Source: Candidatus Moraniibacteriota bacterium
Lineage (GTDB): Bacteria > Patescibacteriota > Minisyncoccia > Moranbacterales > UBA9337
Length of the DNA stretch: 64,000 nucleotides
NCBI GenBank assembly: GCA_026985555.1
Contig: JALSQF010000010.1
Span: 97,163-161,162, forward strand
Direction of reading: 5' to 3'
Shown: piece after piece, positions 8,722 through 16,851 of the stretch
Layout of the letters: each line of letters opens with the position of its first letter
How positions within the stretch are numbered: the stretch's first letter is position 1
Made by a program: the position numbers and the translations under genes
Notes under the pieces: model-generated
Told to the model about the DNA's origin: nothing
The model's input: the letters and a program-made list of their open reading frames with translations, nothing else
Databases searched by the model: none

Positions 8722-10245
8722 TTATTTTGTTTTTTTAACTGTTGCTTTTGTAAAATCAATTTCTACAGAATCTCCTGTTTTAAAAATTTTTGTAGCAAGT
8801 CTTGTACCTACAACACAAGGAATTTTAAATTCTCTACTAACTATTGCCGCGTGAGAAGTCATACCTCCCTCATCTGTAATGATCGCTAAAGCTCTTTTCA
8901 TTATAGAAATTAAACCAGGATGAGTTTGAACGGCAACTAATATATCGCCATCCTTAAATTTTTTTAGCTGCCTATCTGCGTCATATGAAGAACTTAATAC
9001 AAATACTTTACCGCTTATATTTTTTTTATCTTTCGGTAAAAAAGTAATAATACCTTTAACTGATTGCTTTTCTTCAATTTCTTTTTTTCTACTATTTAAT
9101 AAATCTTTTATTTCTTGTAACGCCTTTTTGCCGATTAATGTTTTTATGTTATTTTTACTAAATATTCTTAAATAAGCTTTTTGTCTCTCATTTAAAGTTT
9201 TTTTGTTTACTTTTTTACCATGTTTTATAAGTTGTAAAATCTCTTCAAATTCATAAGCATTTATATCTTCACTAGGTATTTGATAATATTTACTTAATGT
9301 TTCTACTATAATTTTAATATAATTCAGTAAACATAAAATGTAAGTATTCATATCAAATCTAAGAACTGATAAACGACCGGCAATATCGGCAAGTTGATAT
9401 TCAGAAATATTTTTATTTTTTTTAAGTATTTGTTTCCTTTTGTTTAAAACATTATCTGTAGATATAACTTTTTTATATTCTTTTTGTAATTTATTAGGAT
9501 CATTTAACAAAGAAATAGTTTTGTTAAATAAATAATCTAAATTTATTACCGCACCACCATAAAATCCCCAATTCAAAAATCCATATTTATCTATTTTGTT
9601 CTTAATTGCCCTAAACTTAGCTTGATTTTTCTTGTTATACTGATCTATTGTGCATTTTGCCTTTTTTATGTCATAAGCATAAAGAATAATATCTTTTTCA
9701 ATTTCAGCAGTAAGCGTTCTACTTTCTCCCATACTAGCGATAAAACTTAATTCGTTTTTGTTAGGAGACTGATTTAATTTTTTTTCTATTAAATTTAATC
9801 TTTGAGGTTGAGTTAGAAAATAATAACCATTTGCAAAAGTGCAAACCCTTTTGATATTCTTCAATAAACTAATTACTTTTGTTTTTTTAGTTAGTATAGC
9901 AACAAATTCTTTGCCATGAATTTCTTGAAAATATTTGTCTGAAATTTGTTTTGTTAAAAGAAATAATTCTTCAGCTTTTTTTTGAAAATTGTCAAAAAAT
10001 ACTTTATCTGAAAAATTTTTTAGACTAGTTTCAGCTTCTTTTTGAAGCGCACTTTTATCATATGCACCAAACCAAAAAGCATTTGGTTTGTTTTGTGTGT
10101 ATAAATACCATTTATCTGGTGCGTATCCTGAAATATTTTCTATTAATTTGTAGACTTTGTCGTTAATCCAGGCGCCTTTTTTATCAAAAAAATAAATAGG
10201 CGTAAATTGTGTTTGGTCATACATTATTTTAGGTAATTTTTTCAT
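8722..10245 (-). CDS. PEP-utilizing-enzyme mobile (phosphohistidine swivel) domain protein with an N-terminal domain of about 400 aa of unknown function
   Basis: The C-terminal region KDGDILVAVQTHPGLISIMKRALAIITDEGGMTSHAAIVSREFKIPCVVGT carries the GGxTSHAAI phosphohistidine motif of PEP-utilizers. The N-terminal ~400 aa show no recognisable motif. The gene stops 3 nt before the ATP-grasp gene (junction TAA-ATT-ATG). Confidence 0.75.
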   Translation of the reverse strand: MKKLPKIMYDQTQFTPIYFFDKKGAWINDKVYKLIENISGYAPDKWYLYTQNKPNAFWFGAYDKSALQKEAETSLKNFSDKVFFDNFQKKAEELFLLTKQISDKYFQEIHGKEFVAILTKKTKVISLLKNIKRVCTFANGYYFLTQPQRLNLIEKKLNQSPNKNELSFIASMGESRTLTAEIEKDIILYAYDIKKAKCTIDQYNKKNQAKFRAIKNKIDKYGFLNWGFYGGAVINLDYLFNKTISLLNDPNKLQKEYKKVISTDNVLNKRKQILKKNKNISEYQLADIAGRLSVLRFDMNTYILCLLNYIKIIVETLSKYYQIPSEDINAYEFEEILQLIKHGKKVNKKTLNERQKAYLRIFSKNNIKTLIGKKALQEIKDLLNSRKKEIEEKQSVKGIITFLPKDKKNISGKVFVLSSSYDADRQLKKFKDGDILVAVQTHPGLISIMKRALAIITDEGGMTSHAAIVSREFKIPCVVGTRLATKIFKTGDSVEIDFTKATVKKTK

Positions 10246-10249
10246 AGTT

Positions 10250-11065
10250 TTATTGTTTTTTAATAATTAATTCTTTTCCTTTAAAAAATAATTTTATTGT
10301 CTGTTTTCCATTTTCATCAGATCTTATTTCTATTTTTGGACCTTCTAATGGCTTAATAAGTCCTCCAATCATCTTTAAATTAACTTCTTCCGGTTGTAAT
10401 TCTGGATGATTCTTGAGATAAATAAGTTTATTAAAATATTCTATAACTCCGCTATGACCAATTAAAACAATTTTTACCCGACTATTTGATTTTAAACGAG
10501 ATGCTAACTTACTAAAATGATCAATTAATTTTTCTATTTCTTGACCAAAATCCTTGCCTTTTAAGTGAGAATCTGGCCATTTTTTATCAAAAAATTGTTC
10601 AATTAAAAGACTATTACCAACTTGTTCAAGATCTATAGTTTCAGGTTCGTAAGCAATTTGCTTTTTTTCCTTTGTAATTTTATCAAGATCATCCTGCGTT
10701 AAAATATTTCTTTTTTTTAATTCTTCAATTAACGCCTTTTTAGCTTGAGGAGAAAATTCAGACCATCTTCCTAATAATTCTTCTTTAGTTCTAATAGATG
10801 ATTTTATTCTTTTTTCTTTTAAAAAATTTTGAATATCTTTCCTTAATTGTTGTGGACGTTTATGTGGACTTAAATAAAATTTTACTAAATCAAAAGAATC
10901 ATCGTATTCATTTTCTAATTTTTCTAAAAATTGTTGCTTTCCTTTGTTGGTAATATTACCTGTTTCATAATCTTTATCAGGATGGCGTATTAATTCTATT
11001 TCCATTGCAACATTAGCTCCATATTCTAATCTTTCTTTTTGTTCAAATCTTTTTAAAAATTCCAT
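10250..11065 (-). CDS. histidine phosphatase superfamily protein (phosphoglycerate-mutase/SixA-like fold)
   Basis: The N-terminal LIRHPDKDYETGNITNKGKQQ fits the RH-x7-G-x-(L/I)T-x2-G-x2-Q pattern. The C-terminal IVLIGHSGVI carries the second catalytic His. A 4-nt gap to the next gene implies co-transcription. Confidence 0.55.
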   Translation of the reverse strand: MEFLKRFEQKERLEYGANVAMEIELIRHPDKDYETGNITNKGKQQFLEKLENEYDDSFDLVKFYLSPHKRPQQLRKDIQNFLKEKRIKSSIRTKEELLGRWSEFSPQAKKALIEELKKRNILTQDDLDKITKEKKQIAYEPETIDLEQVGNSLLIEQFFDKKWPDSHLKGKDFGQEIEKLIDHFSKLASRLKSNSRVKIVLIGHSGVIEYFNKLIYLKNHPELQPEEVNLKMIGGLIKPLEGPKIEIRSDENGKQTIKLFFKGKELIIKKQ

Positions 11066-11113
11066 GTCCTTAGATTAAAGTTTTTCAATATAAAAATATT
11101 GATATCTACCTAT

Positions 11114-11141
11114 ATTGTATTTAATTAAATATAATTGTCAA
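11114..11141 (-). promoter_or_regulatory. sigma70-like promoter for the phosphatase/dikinase operon
   Basis: The minus strand reads TTGACA (11141..11136), a 16-nt spacer, then TACAAT (11119..11114). This places the start site about 40 nt upstream of the ATG at 11065. Confidence 0.5.
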
Positions 11142-11310
11142 TCCTTTAGATAAAATGATTTTTTTGTAAAAACCTCCTAAACTTTCAACTTACTTTTTTC
11201 TGAAAATTGAGCTTAAAAAATTTTATTCTTAAATAATTTTTTGGCTTACTATTTGTTTTTGAGCTTAAAAATGTTTTTTTTAAATTTCTTTATAAAAATA
11301 AAATTTATAA

Positions 11311-11358
11311 AAATAAAAAATGGTCGTCTATCTTTTTAATTAACGACCATTTTTATGT
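11311..11358 (-). terminator. rho-independent terminator after the nrdD C-terminal mini-gene
   Basis: The stem atggtcgt/acgaccat (11316..11327 paired with 11343..11354) is followed by a T-run on the minus strand. It lies 12 nt downstream of the stop at 11370. Confidence 0.6.
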
Positions 11359-11369
11359 TTTTTCTATAT

Positions 11370-11654
11370 TTAGCAAGTTCCTGTAGAACAAGAGGGAGTT
11401 TCTACTACAAAAGTTTGTCTATCTTTCCATTCTTCTGCTTTACCTTTGTTCCAACGTCTTACTGGAGTATGAAAACCAACTACGCGAGAATAAACATCGC
11501 AAGGTTGATAATTTTCTAAAACAGGATTAGCTTTATAACAACTTTTGCATTTTATAGCATCCTCTCCTTCAACAGCGCTAGTATAGCGCACGTATTTTTC
11601 CCCTTTTTTAATTGTCTTACCACAATCATGGCAAACTAATTTTTGTGTTTTCAT
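11370..11654 (-). CDS. stand-alone C-terminal module of anaerobic ribonucleotide reductase: Zn ribbon plus glycyl-radical loop
   Basis: It has CHDCG and CKSC (four-Cys ribbon) followed by YSRVVGFHTPVRRWNKGKAEEWKDR. This compares with E. coli NrdD C-terminus CYECG..CPKCG..RRVCGYLGSP..NAGKQEEVKRR. Confidence 0.8.
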   Translation of the reverse strand: MKTQKLVCHDCGKTIKKGEKYVRYTSAVEGEDAIKCKSCYKANPVLENYQPCDVYSRVVGFHTPVRRWNKGKAEEWKDRQTFVVETPSCSTGTC

Positions 11655-11786
11655 ATTTTATTTTTCAGTTATATAATTCTTATTTGTTTTTTTATTAATT
11701 TTAATTTACTTAAGAATTATACAACTTAATTTTAATTACTTATTACTTATTATATATAAACATCCTAAAAGGATGATAATTTGTTT

Positions 11787-13841
11787 TTAAGCCACTTCAA
11801 ACTTTACTTTTTGTTGAGATAATTCTAGTTTACACTTAGGACAGGTATGATGTTCCCCTTTAATATAACCATGCTTGGGACAAATACTGAATGTGGGTGT
11901 AAAGGTAAAATAAGGTAAAGCATAGTTAGTTGCAATAGTTCTCACTAAATTTTTTACTACTTCTATATCATTTATTTTTTCTCCTAAAAATCCATGCAAG
12001 ACTGTTCCTCCTGTGTATTTTGTCTGCAAGTCATCTTGTAGATCTAGAGCTTCAAAAATATCAGAAGTAAAACCAACAGGCAACTGTGAAGAATTAGTAT
12101 AGTAAGGTTCAGCATTTTCTTCTTTCACTGCTTGATCATTAGCAAAAATAATATCTGGAAAACGTTCTTTGTCTAATTTAGCTAAACGATAAGTAGTTCC
12201 TTCCGCAGGAGTAGCTTCTAAATTATAGAGATGTTCTGTTTCTTTTTGATAAGTTAAAAGTTTCTTTCTCATATGTTTGAGAACACGTTGCGCAAAACGA
12301 TTTCCTTCATAAGTAGTGATATCTTTACCTAACAAATTAAGTAGACCTTCGTTTAAACCTACTAAACCAATGGTAGAAAAATGATTAGCCCAATAGCTAC
12401 CTTGTTTTCTTTTTATATCTCCTAAATAATGTTTAGAATAAGGATAAAGTCCTGTTTCGGTTAGCTTTTCAATAAAAACTCTTTTTAATTCTAAGCTTTC
12501 TTTAGCCACTTCCATTAAATAGTCAACCCTTTGAAGAAACTCTTCTCTATTTTTTGATAAATAACCTATGCGTGGCATATTTAAAGTAACTACGCCAATG
12601 GAACCAGTCATAGGATTAGCGCCAAATAATCCTCCTCCTCGCTTCCTTAATTCTCTATTATCTAAACGTAAACGACAACACATACTACGCGCATCATCAG
12701 GACTCATATCAGAATTAACAAAATTAGCAAAATAAGGCATTCCATATTTAGCTGTCATTTCCCAAATAGGATTTAAAGCAGGATCGTCCCAATTAAAATC
12801 TTTGGTAATGTTATAGGTGGGAATAGGAAAAGTGAAAACTCTTTTTTGTGCATCTCCTTCTGACATAACTTCTGCAAAAGCCTTATTAATCATATTCATT
12901 TCCTTTTGATATTCACTATAAGTATGAGGCTGGGGCATTCCTCCTATAATAACAGCTTCGTCTTTTAAAGTAGAGGGAACTTGTAAATCTAAAGTAATAT
13001 TAGAAAATGGCGTTTGGAAACCTACTCTAGTAGGAACATTCATATTAAATACAAATTCTTGAAGAGCTTGTTTTACTTCTTTATATTTTAATTTATCAAA
13101 ATGAACAAAAGGAGCTAGTAAAGTATCAAAATTAGAAAAAGCTTGTGCTCCATTAGCTTCTCCTTGAAGAGTATATATAAAATTTACCATTTGTCCTAAA
13201 GCACTTCGGAAATGTTTAGGAGGAGCAGAATGAACCTTGCCTGGAACGCCGCCAAATCCTTTCAAAAGTAAATCTTTAAGATCCCAACCGCAACAATAAG
13301 CAGCTACCATTTGTAAATCATGCACATGGAGATCTCCTTCTTCGTGCGCTTTTCTAATACGTTCTGTGTAAACTCTATTCATCCAATATTTAGCGCTAAC
13401 AATAGAAGAAATAAAATTATTTAATCCTTGTAAACTATATCCCATATTAGAATTTTCTTTTGTTCTCCAATCCGCTTCCCCAATATATTTATCAACTAAA
13501 TCAATAGCATCTTTTAAAGCATCTTCTGTTTCTCTTACTTTACGATGTTGATCACGATAAAGAATATACGCTTTAGCTGTTTCTTCAAAATCTAAAACCA
13601 TTAAAACACGTTCTACTATGTCTTGAATCTCTTCTATTTCTGGTATATAACCTTGACGATGATTTTTGTTAAGTAATTGAATTACTTTACGAGTTACTTT
13701 AATAGCTTCTTTTTCTCCTCCTTCTTTAGTTTCTTGAAGTGCTTTTTGAACCGCTTTAATAATTTTTTCTTTTTTAAAAGCGACTATTCTTCCACTTCTT
13801 TTGATAACTTTTTTTACTTTGTTTTTTATTGGTCTTGGCAT
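11787..13841 (-). CDS. nrdD: anaerobic ribonucleoside-triphosphate reductase catalytic subunit, ending after its Zn ribbon and lacking the glycyl-radical loop
   Basis: It has an N-terminal ATP-cone, a class III RNR core and C-terminal PTFSICPKHGYIKGEHHTCPKCK. The ORF stops 15 aa after CPKC without any RVxGY motif. Confidence 0.85.
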   Translation of the reverse strand: MPRPIKNKVKKVIKRSGRIVAFKKEKIIKAVQKALQETKEGGEKEAIKVTRKVIQLLNKNHRQGYIPEIEEIQDIVERVLMVLDFEETAKAYILYRDQHRKVRETEDALKDAIDLVDKYIGEADWRTKENSNMGYSLQGLNNFISSIVSAKYWMNRVYTERIRKAHEEGDLHVHDLQMVAAYCCGWDLKDLLLKGFGGVPGKVHSAPPKHFRSALGQMVNFIYTLQGEANGAQAFSNFDTLLAPFVHFDKLKYKEVKQALQEFVFNMNVPTRVGFQTPFSNITLDLQVPSTLKDEAVIIGGMPQPHTYSEYQKEMNMINKAFAEVMSEGDAQKRVFTFPIPTYNITKDFNWDDPALNPIWEMTAKYGMPYFANFVNSDMSPDDARSMCCRLRLDNRELRKRGGGLFGANPMTGSIGVVTLNMPRIGYLSKNREEFLQRVDYLMEVAKESLELKRVFIEKLTETGLYPYSKHYLGDIKRKQGSYWANHFSTIGLVGLNEGLLNLLGKDITTYEGNRFAQRVLKHMRKKLLTYQKETEHLYNLEATPAEGTTYRLAKLDKERFPDIIFANDQAVKEENAEPYYTNSSQLPVGFTSDIFEALDLQDDLQTKYTGGTVLHGFLGEKINDIEVVKNLVRTIATNYALPYFTFTPTFSICPKHGYIKGEHHTCPKCKLELSQQKVKFEVA

Positions 13842-13915
13842 ATTTTTGTTTTCCCCTTCTTAATTTTATTATTATTTATTTTTTATTTAATTAAAATCAT
13901 GAAATAAATTATTTT

Positions 13916-14380
13916 TTATCCATTTTTCTTTTCCATCTTTTCAAGTTCTTTACGAAAAGCTTTTATGCTACCAAAGGATTTATAAACACTGGCAAAACGA
14001 ACATAAGCAACTTCATCAATTTGACGTAATTTTTTTAAAATAATCCTTCCTATTTCTCTGGTTGATAATTCTGTTTTTCCTAAAGAACAAATTTCATATT
14101 CAATTTCTCTTAATAATTTTTCTCGTTTTTCTGCATTAACGGGTCGTTTTTCTAGGGCTCTAGCTATTCCTTTTTTAATTTTTTCCTTTTGAAACTCTTC
14201 TCTGCTTCCATCTTTTTTGATAACTGTTAGTTTCATAATTTCTGGTTCCTCATAAGTGCTAAATCTTTTTTGACATTTTTCACATTCTCTTCTGCGACGA
14301 ATAGCTTTACCATCATTAGTATCTCTTGAATCAATTACTTTTGTTTCTAAATGACCGCAATAGGGACAAATCATAAACAA
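13916..14380 (-). CDS. nrdR: transcriptional repressor NrdR
   Basis: MICPYCGHLETKVIDSRDTNDGKAIRRRRECEKCQKRF is the NrdR Zn ribbon, followed by an ATP-cone. The likely true start is the third codon (MICPYCG, at 14374). Confidence 0.85.
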   Translation of the reverse strand: MFMICPYCGHLETKVIDSRDTNDGKAIRRRRECEKCQKRFSTYEEPEIMKLTVIKKDGSREEFQKEKIKKGIARALEKRPVNAEKREKLLREIEYEICSLGKTELSTREIGRIILKKLRQIDEVAYVRFASVYKSFGSIKAFRKELEKMEKKNG

Positions 14381-14413
14381 ATATTTTAATAGTTAAGTTA
14401 CTTTTCTACTATA

Positions 14414-14460
14414 TATTGTATAATACAATAGTATTCTATCACAATAAAAAAACCTGTCAA
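14414..14460 (-). promoter_or_regulatory. nrdR promoter with an overlapping 17-bp palindromic operator
   Basis: The minus strand reads TTGACA (14460..14455), a 16-nt spacer, then TAGAAT (14438..14433). The perfect palindrome TATTGTATAATACAATA (14414..14430) begins 3 nt downstream of the -10 element. Confidence 0.5.
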
Positions 14461-14503
14461 TACCCTTACGCTAACGCTTATTTACTAGCTATTTCTGTTT
14501 TTT

Positions 14504-14545
14504 AAAAAATAGGTTTACTTAAATAAAAAGTAAACCTATTTTTTG
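14504..14545. terminator. bidirectional rho-independent terminator between the tRNA pair and nrdR
   Basis: A 12-13 bp stem (aataggtttactt paired with agtaaacctatt) with loop aaataaaa is flanked by A-runs and T-runs on both sides. Confidence 0.6.
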
Positions 14546-14548
14546 ATG

Positions 14549-14621
14549 TGGACCGGACAGGACTTGAACCCGCCACCTCCTCGGTGCAAACGAGGTGCTC
14601 TACCAGATGAGCTACCGGCCC
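14549..14621 (-). tRNA. tRNA-Ala (anticodon TGC)
   Basis: The minus strand reads gggccggtagctcatctggtagagcacctcgtttgcaccgaggaggtggcgggttcaagtcctgtccggtcca. It has a G3:U70 pair, an anticodon loop tttgcac, a T-loop ggttcaagtcc and discriminator A. CCA is not encoded. Confidence 0.9.
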
Positions 14622-14644
14622 GTTTAATTAAAATTTTCTATCTA

Positions 14645-14718
14645 GTGGGCATACCAGGATTTGAACCTGGGACCTCAACATTATCAGTGTTGCGCTCTAA
14701 CCAACTGAGCTATATGCC
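14645..14718 (-). tRNA. tRNA-Ile (anticodon GAT)
   Basis: The minus strand reads gggcatatagctcagttggttagagcgcaacactgataatgttgaggtcccaggttcaaatcctggtatgccca. It has an anticodon loop ctgataa and a T-loop ggttcaaatcc. Confidence 0.9.
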
Positions 14719-14778
14719 CTCATTTAAAAACATTAAAAATACTTACTCAGATAATATATAATAAATAAAAAATATTGT

Positions 14779-16851
14779 CTAGTCTTTTAATAAAAATTTT
14801 ACATCTACTGCTACAGCTTTTTGATTGTTGTTATAAATTAACAAGGGGTTAATATCCATTTGTTCTATTTCCTCTTCTAGTTCTAAAGCTAATATAGAAA
14901 AATTTTCTATTATTTGGGCTAATTCATTTATGTCATACGGTTTTCTTCCCCTGGTCTTTTTAAACAGAAATTTTAAACTTCCTGTTTTTAGTTTTTTCTT
15001 AATAAATTGTTTACTCACTGGAGAAATAAAAAATTCTACTTGTTTTAAAATTTCCGTGTAAATACCTCCTAATCCTACTATCACTATGTTACCAAAACTG
15101 GCATCTCTCTTTATTCCTAAAATAATTTCTTCTTGAATTTTTCTTTGATGCTGAATAATAATTTTTTCTTGAGGAAATTTATTTTTTAATTTATTAAAAG
15201 TTCTTTTTAATTCCAGAAAATTATTAACATTAAGGATTACTCCTTTTTTATCAGTTTTATGTAAAATATAAGGACTGTCAACCTTAACAACGACTGGAAA
15301 TTTTTTAACCGCTTCTATGTTTTCATAGAAATTAGCTACCTTTATACCATAACTATTTAAGATGCGTTTTCCTTCTTCATAATAAAGCGCTTTACGTTTC
15401 TCTCTTTTTGCGTTGCCTAAAATTATTTTATTTTTTTCTTGTCTATAATAATTGATTAATTTTTCTCTTTCACTTATATTATTTCTAGATTTTCTTTTTG
15501 TGTAATAATCAACTATTTTTACCGCTATATCAGGATAAGTAAAATTAAGTATTTTTTCTTTATGAAATAATTTACGCGCTTCAATTAATTTTTCCTTTCC
15601 TATAAATATAGGTATTATTGGTACTTCATATTCTTTGTTGAAGTCAATTATTAATTGGGCAATTTCTAAAACAGGAGTTTGATCTTGAGGAGTAAGTACG
15701 GCCAAAATAGCTCCCGGTTTCTCTTTAATTAAAATTTCTAAAGATTGTTTATAACGCTCCGTAGATGCATCACCCAGTAAATCAATAGGGTTTTCTAGAG
15801 ATGATTCTTGGGGTAAAAATTTTTTTAATTTAAGTTTGGTTTCTGAGGAAATTTCCGCTAATTCTATATGTTTTCCTAAAAAAGCATCAGCTGTTAAAAC
15901 ACCTGGCCCTCCTGCATTAGTAACAATTATTATTTTATTATCATTGATTTTGTTTTTTAAATTTACAGCGCTTAAAATTTTTATAAATTCTTCTATTGTT
16001 TTTGCTCTCCAAATACCTTCTTGTTGAAAAGCTGCATTTACAATATCATCACTTCCTGCCAAAGCTCCTGTATGTAAAGAAATGGCTTTTTGTGCTTTCT
16101 CGCTACGTCCGCTTTTTAAAATAACTATGGGTTTGTTTTTTATAATTTTTTGCGCTAAATTCAAAAAACTTTTTCCTTTCTTAATTCCTTCTAGATAAAA
16201 AGCAATTATTTCAGTGTCCTCATCTTTATTTAAATATTCTAATAAATTGATTTCATTTAGTTGCAATTTATTGCCGATGGAAATAATTTTAGAAAAACCT
16301 AAATTTTCTGATTGAGCCATATCCATAATGGCTACCATTAAAGCTCCTGATTGCGATATTAAAGCAATTTTTCCTTCGGGAGGCATTCCTCCCGCAAAAG
16401 ATGCATTTAATTTTATTTTTGGATTAACAAATCCTAAACAATTAGGTCCTAGAATGTTTAAATTATTTTTTTGAATTATTTTTTTTAGTTGTTTAGCACG
16501 TTCCTTTCCCTCAGAGCCAATTTCTGAAAATCCAGCCGAAATTATAATAAAGTTCTTAACTTTTTTTCTTGCAGATTTAATTACTTCTACTACAAACCTA
16601 GCTGGAATTACAATAATAGCTAAATCTATTTCATCTTCAATATCTTCTAATTTTTTGAAACACTTTTTTTCTAATATTTTTTCATGTTTAGGATTAACTA
16701 AAAAAACTTTTTTTTTATAGCCTAAATCTAAAAGATTTTTAGTTATCACATATCCTATTTTTCCTTCTTTTTCACTAGCTCCCACTATCGCTACTGATTG
16801 AGGATTAAAAAAATTTTTTAAAGACATATTTGATTTATTATCACAAAACAA
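14779..16851 (-). CDS. acetate--CoA ligase (ADP-forming) / acyl-CoA synthetase, fused CoA-binding and ATP-grasp domains
   Basis: NPQSVAIVGASEKEGKIGYVITKNL is a succinyl-CoA-synthetase-like CoA-binding motif, and the C-terminal half is ATP-grasp-like. The track start is a TTG. The ATG at 16827 (MSLKNFF...) is the likelier start. Confidence 0.7.
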   Translation of the reverse strand: MFCDNKSNMSLKNFFNPQSVAIVGASEKEGKIGYVITKNLLDLGYKKKVFLVNPKHEKILEKKCFKKLEDIEDEIDLAIIVIPARFVVEVIKSARKKVKNFIIISAGFSEIGSEGKERAKQLKKIIQKNNLNILGPNCLGFVNPKIKLNASFAGGMPPEGKIALISQSGALMVAIMDMAQSENLGFSKIISIGNKLQLNEINLLEYLNKDEDTEIIAFYLEGIKKGKSFLNLAQKIIKNKPIVILKSGRSEKAQKAISLHTGALAGSDDIVNAAFQQEGIWRAKTIEEFIKILSAVNLKNKINDNKIIIVTNAGGPGVLTADAFLGKHIELAEISSETKLKLKKFLPQESSLENPIDLLGDASTERYKQSLEILIKEKPGAILAVLTPQDQTPVLEIAQLIIDFNKEYEVPIIPIFIGKEKLIEARKLFHKEKILNFTYPDIAVKIVDYYTKRKSRNNISEREKLINYYRQEKNKIILGNAKREKRKALYYEEGKRILNSYGIKVANFYENIEAVKKFPVVVKVDSPYILHKTDKKGVILNVNNFLELKRTFNKLKNKFPQEKIIIQHQRKIQEEIILGIKRDASFGNIVIVGLGGIYTEILKQVEFFISPVSKQFIKKKLKTGSLKFLFKKTRGRKPYDINELAQIIENFSILALELEEEIEQMDINPLLIYNNNQKAVAVDVKFLLKD

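Noticed and set aside
11655-11786. Hypothesis that the gap between nrdD and the glycyl-radical mini-gene is a group I intron or intein remnant (as in phage nrdD genes).
   Set aside because: The 133-nt spacer is too short, it is AT-rich and unstructured, and it has no ORF. The Zn ribbon is duplicated on both sides, which a clean intron or intein insertion would not produce.
13677-13907. This plus-strand 76-aa ORF and many similar ORFs from the track (15836..16027, 19240..19449, 20746..21030, 27597..27797, 32028..32399, 32685..32963, 33890..34090, 37694..37972, 42921..43112, 44697..44903, 45912..46112, 52499..52717, 56028..56252, 56945..57160, 57078..57272, 60213..60407, 61778..61999, 63544..63729).
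   Set aside because: They lie antisense or embedded within well-supported conserved genes (nrdD, acd, rpoC, rpoB and others). They are low-complexity Phe/Ile/Lys-rich products of AT-rich shadow frames, and they have no start context.
13842-13915. Search for NrdR boxes directly upstream of nrdD.
   Set aside because: No palindrome is present. nrdR and nrdD appear to be co-transcribed from the nrdR promoter.
14543-14761. Plus-strand 72-aa ORF across the tRNA region.
   Set aside because: It overlaps the two minus-strand tRNA genes (Ala-TGC, Ile-GAT). The elevated GC of the tRNAs creates a spurious open frame.
16828-16851. TTG-initiated N-terminal extensions in the track for acd (MFCDNKSN...), plus upstream Met extensions for recO (44559..44606), nrdR (14375..14380) and yebC.
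   Set aside because: Conserved family N-termini begin at internal ATG codons (MSLKNFFNPQ, MEKTYQGII, MICPYCG, MSGHSKW). The extensions are hydrophobic or low-complexity and unsupported.
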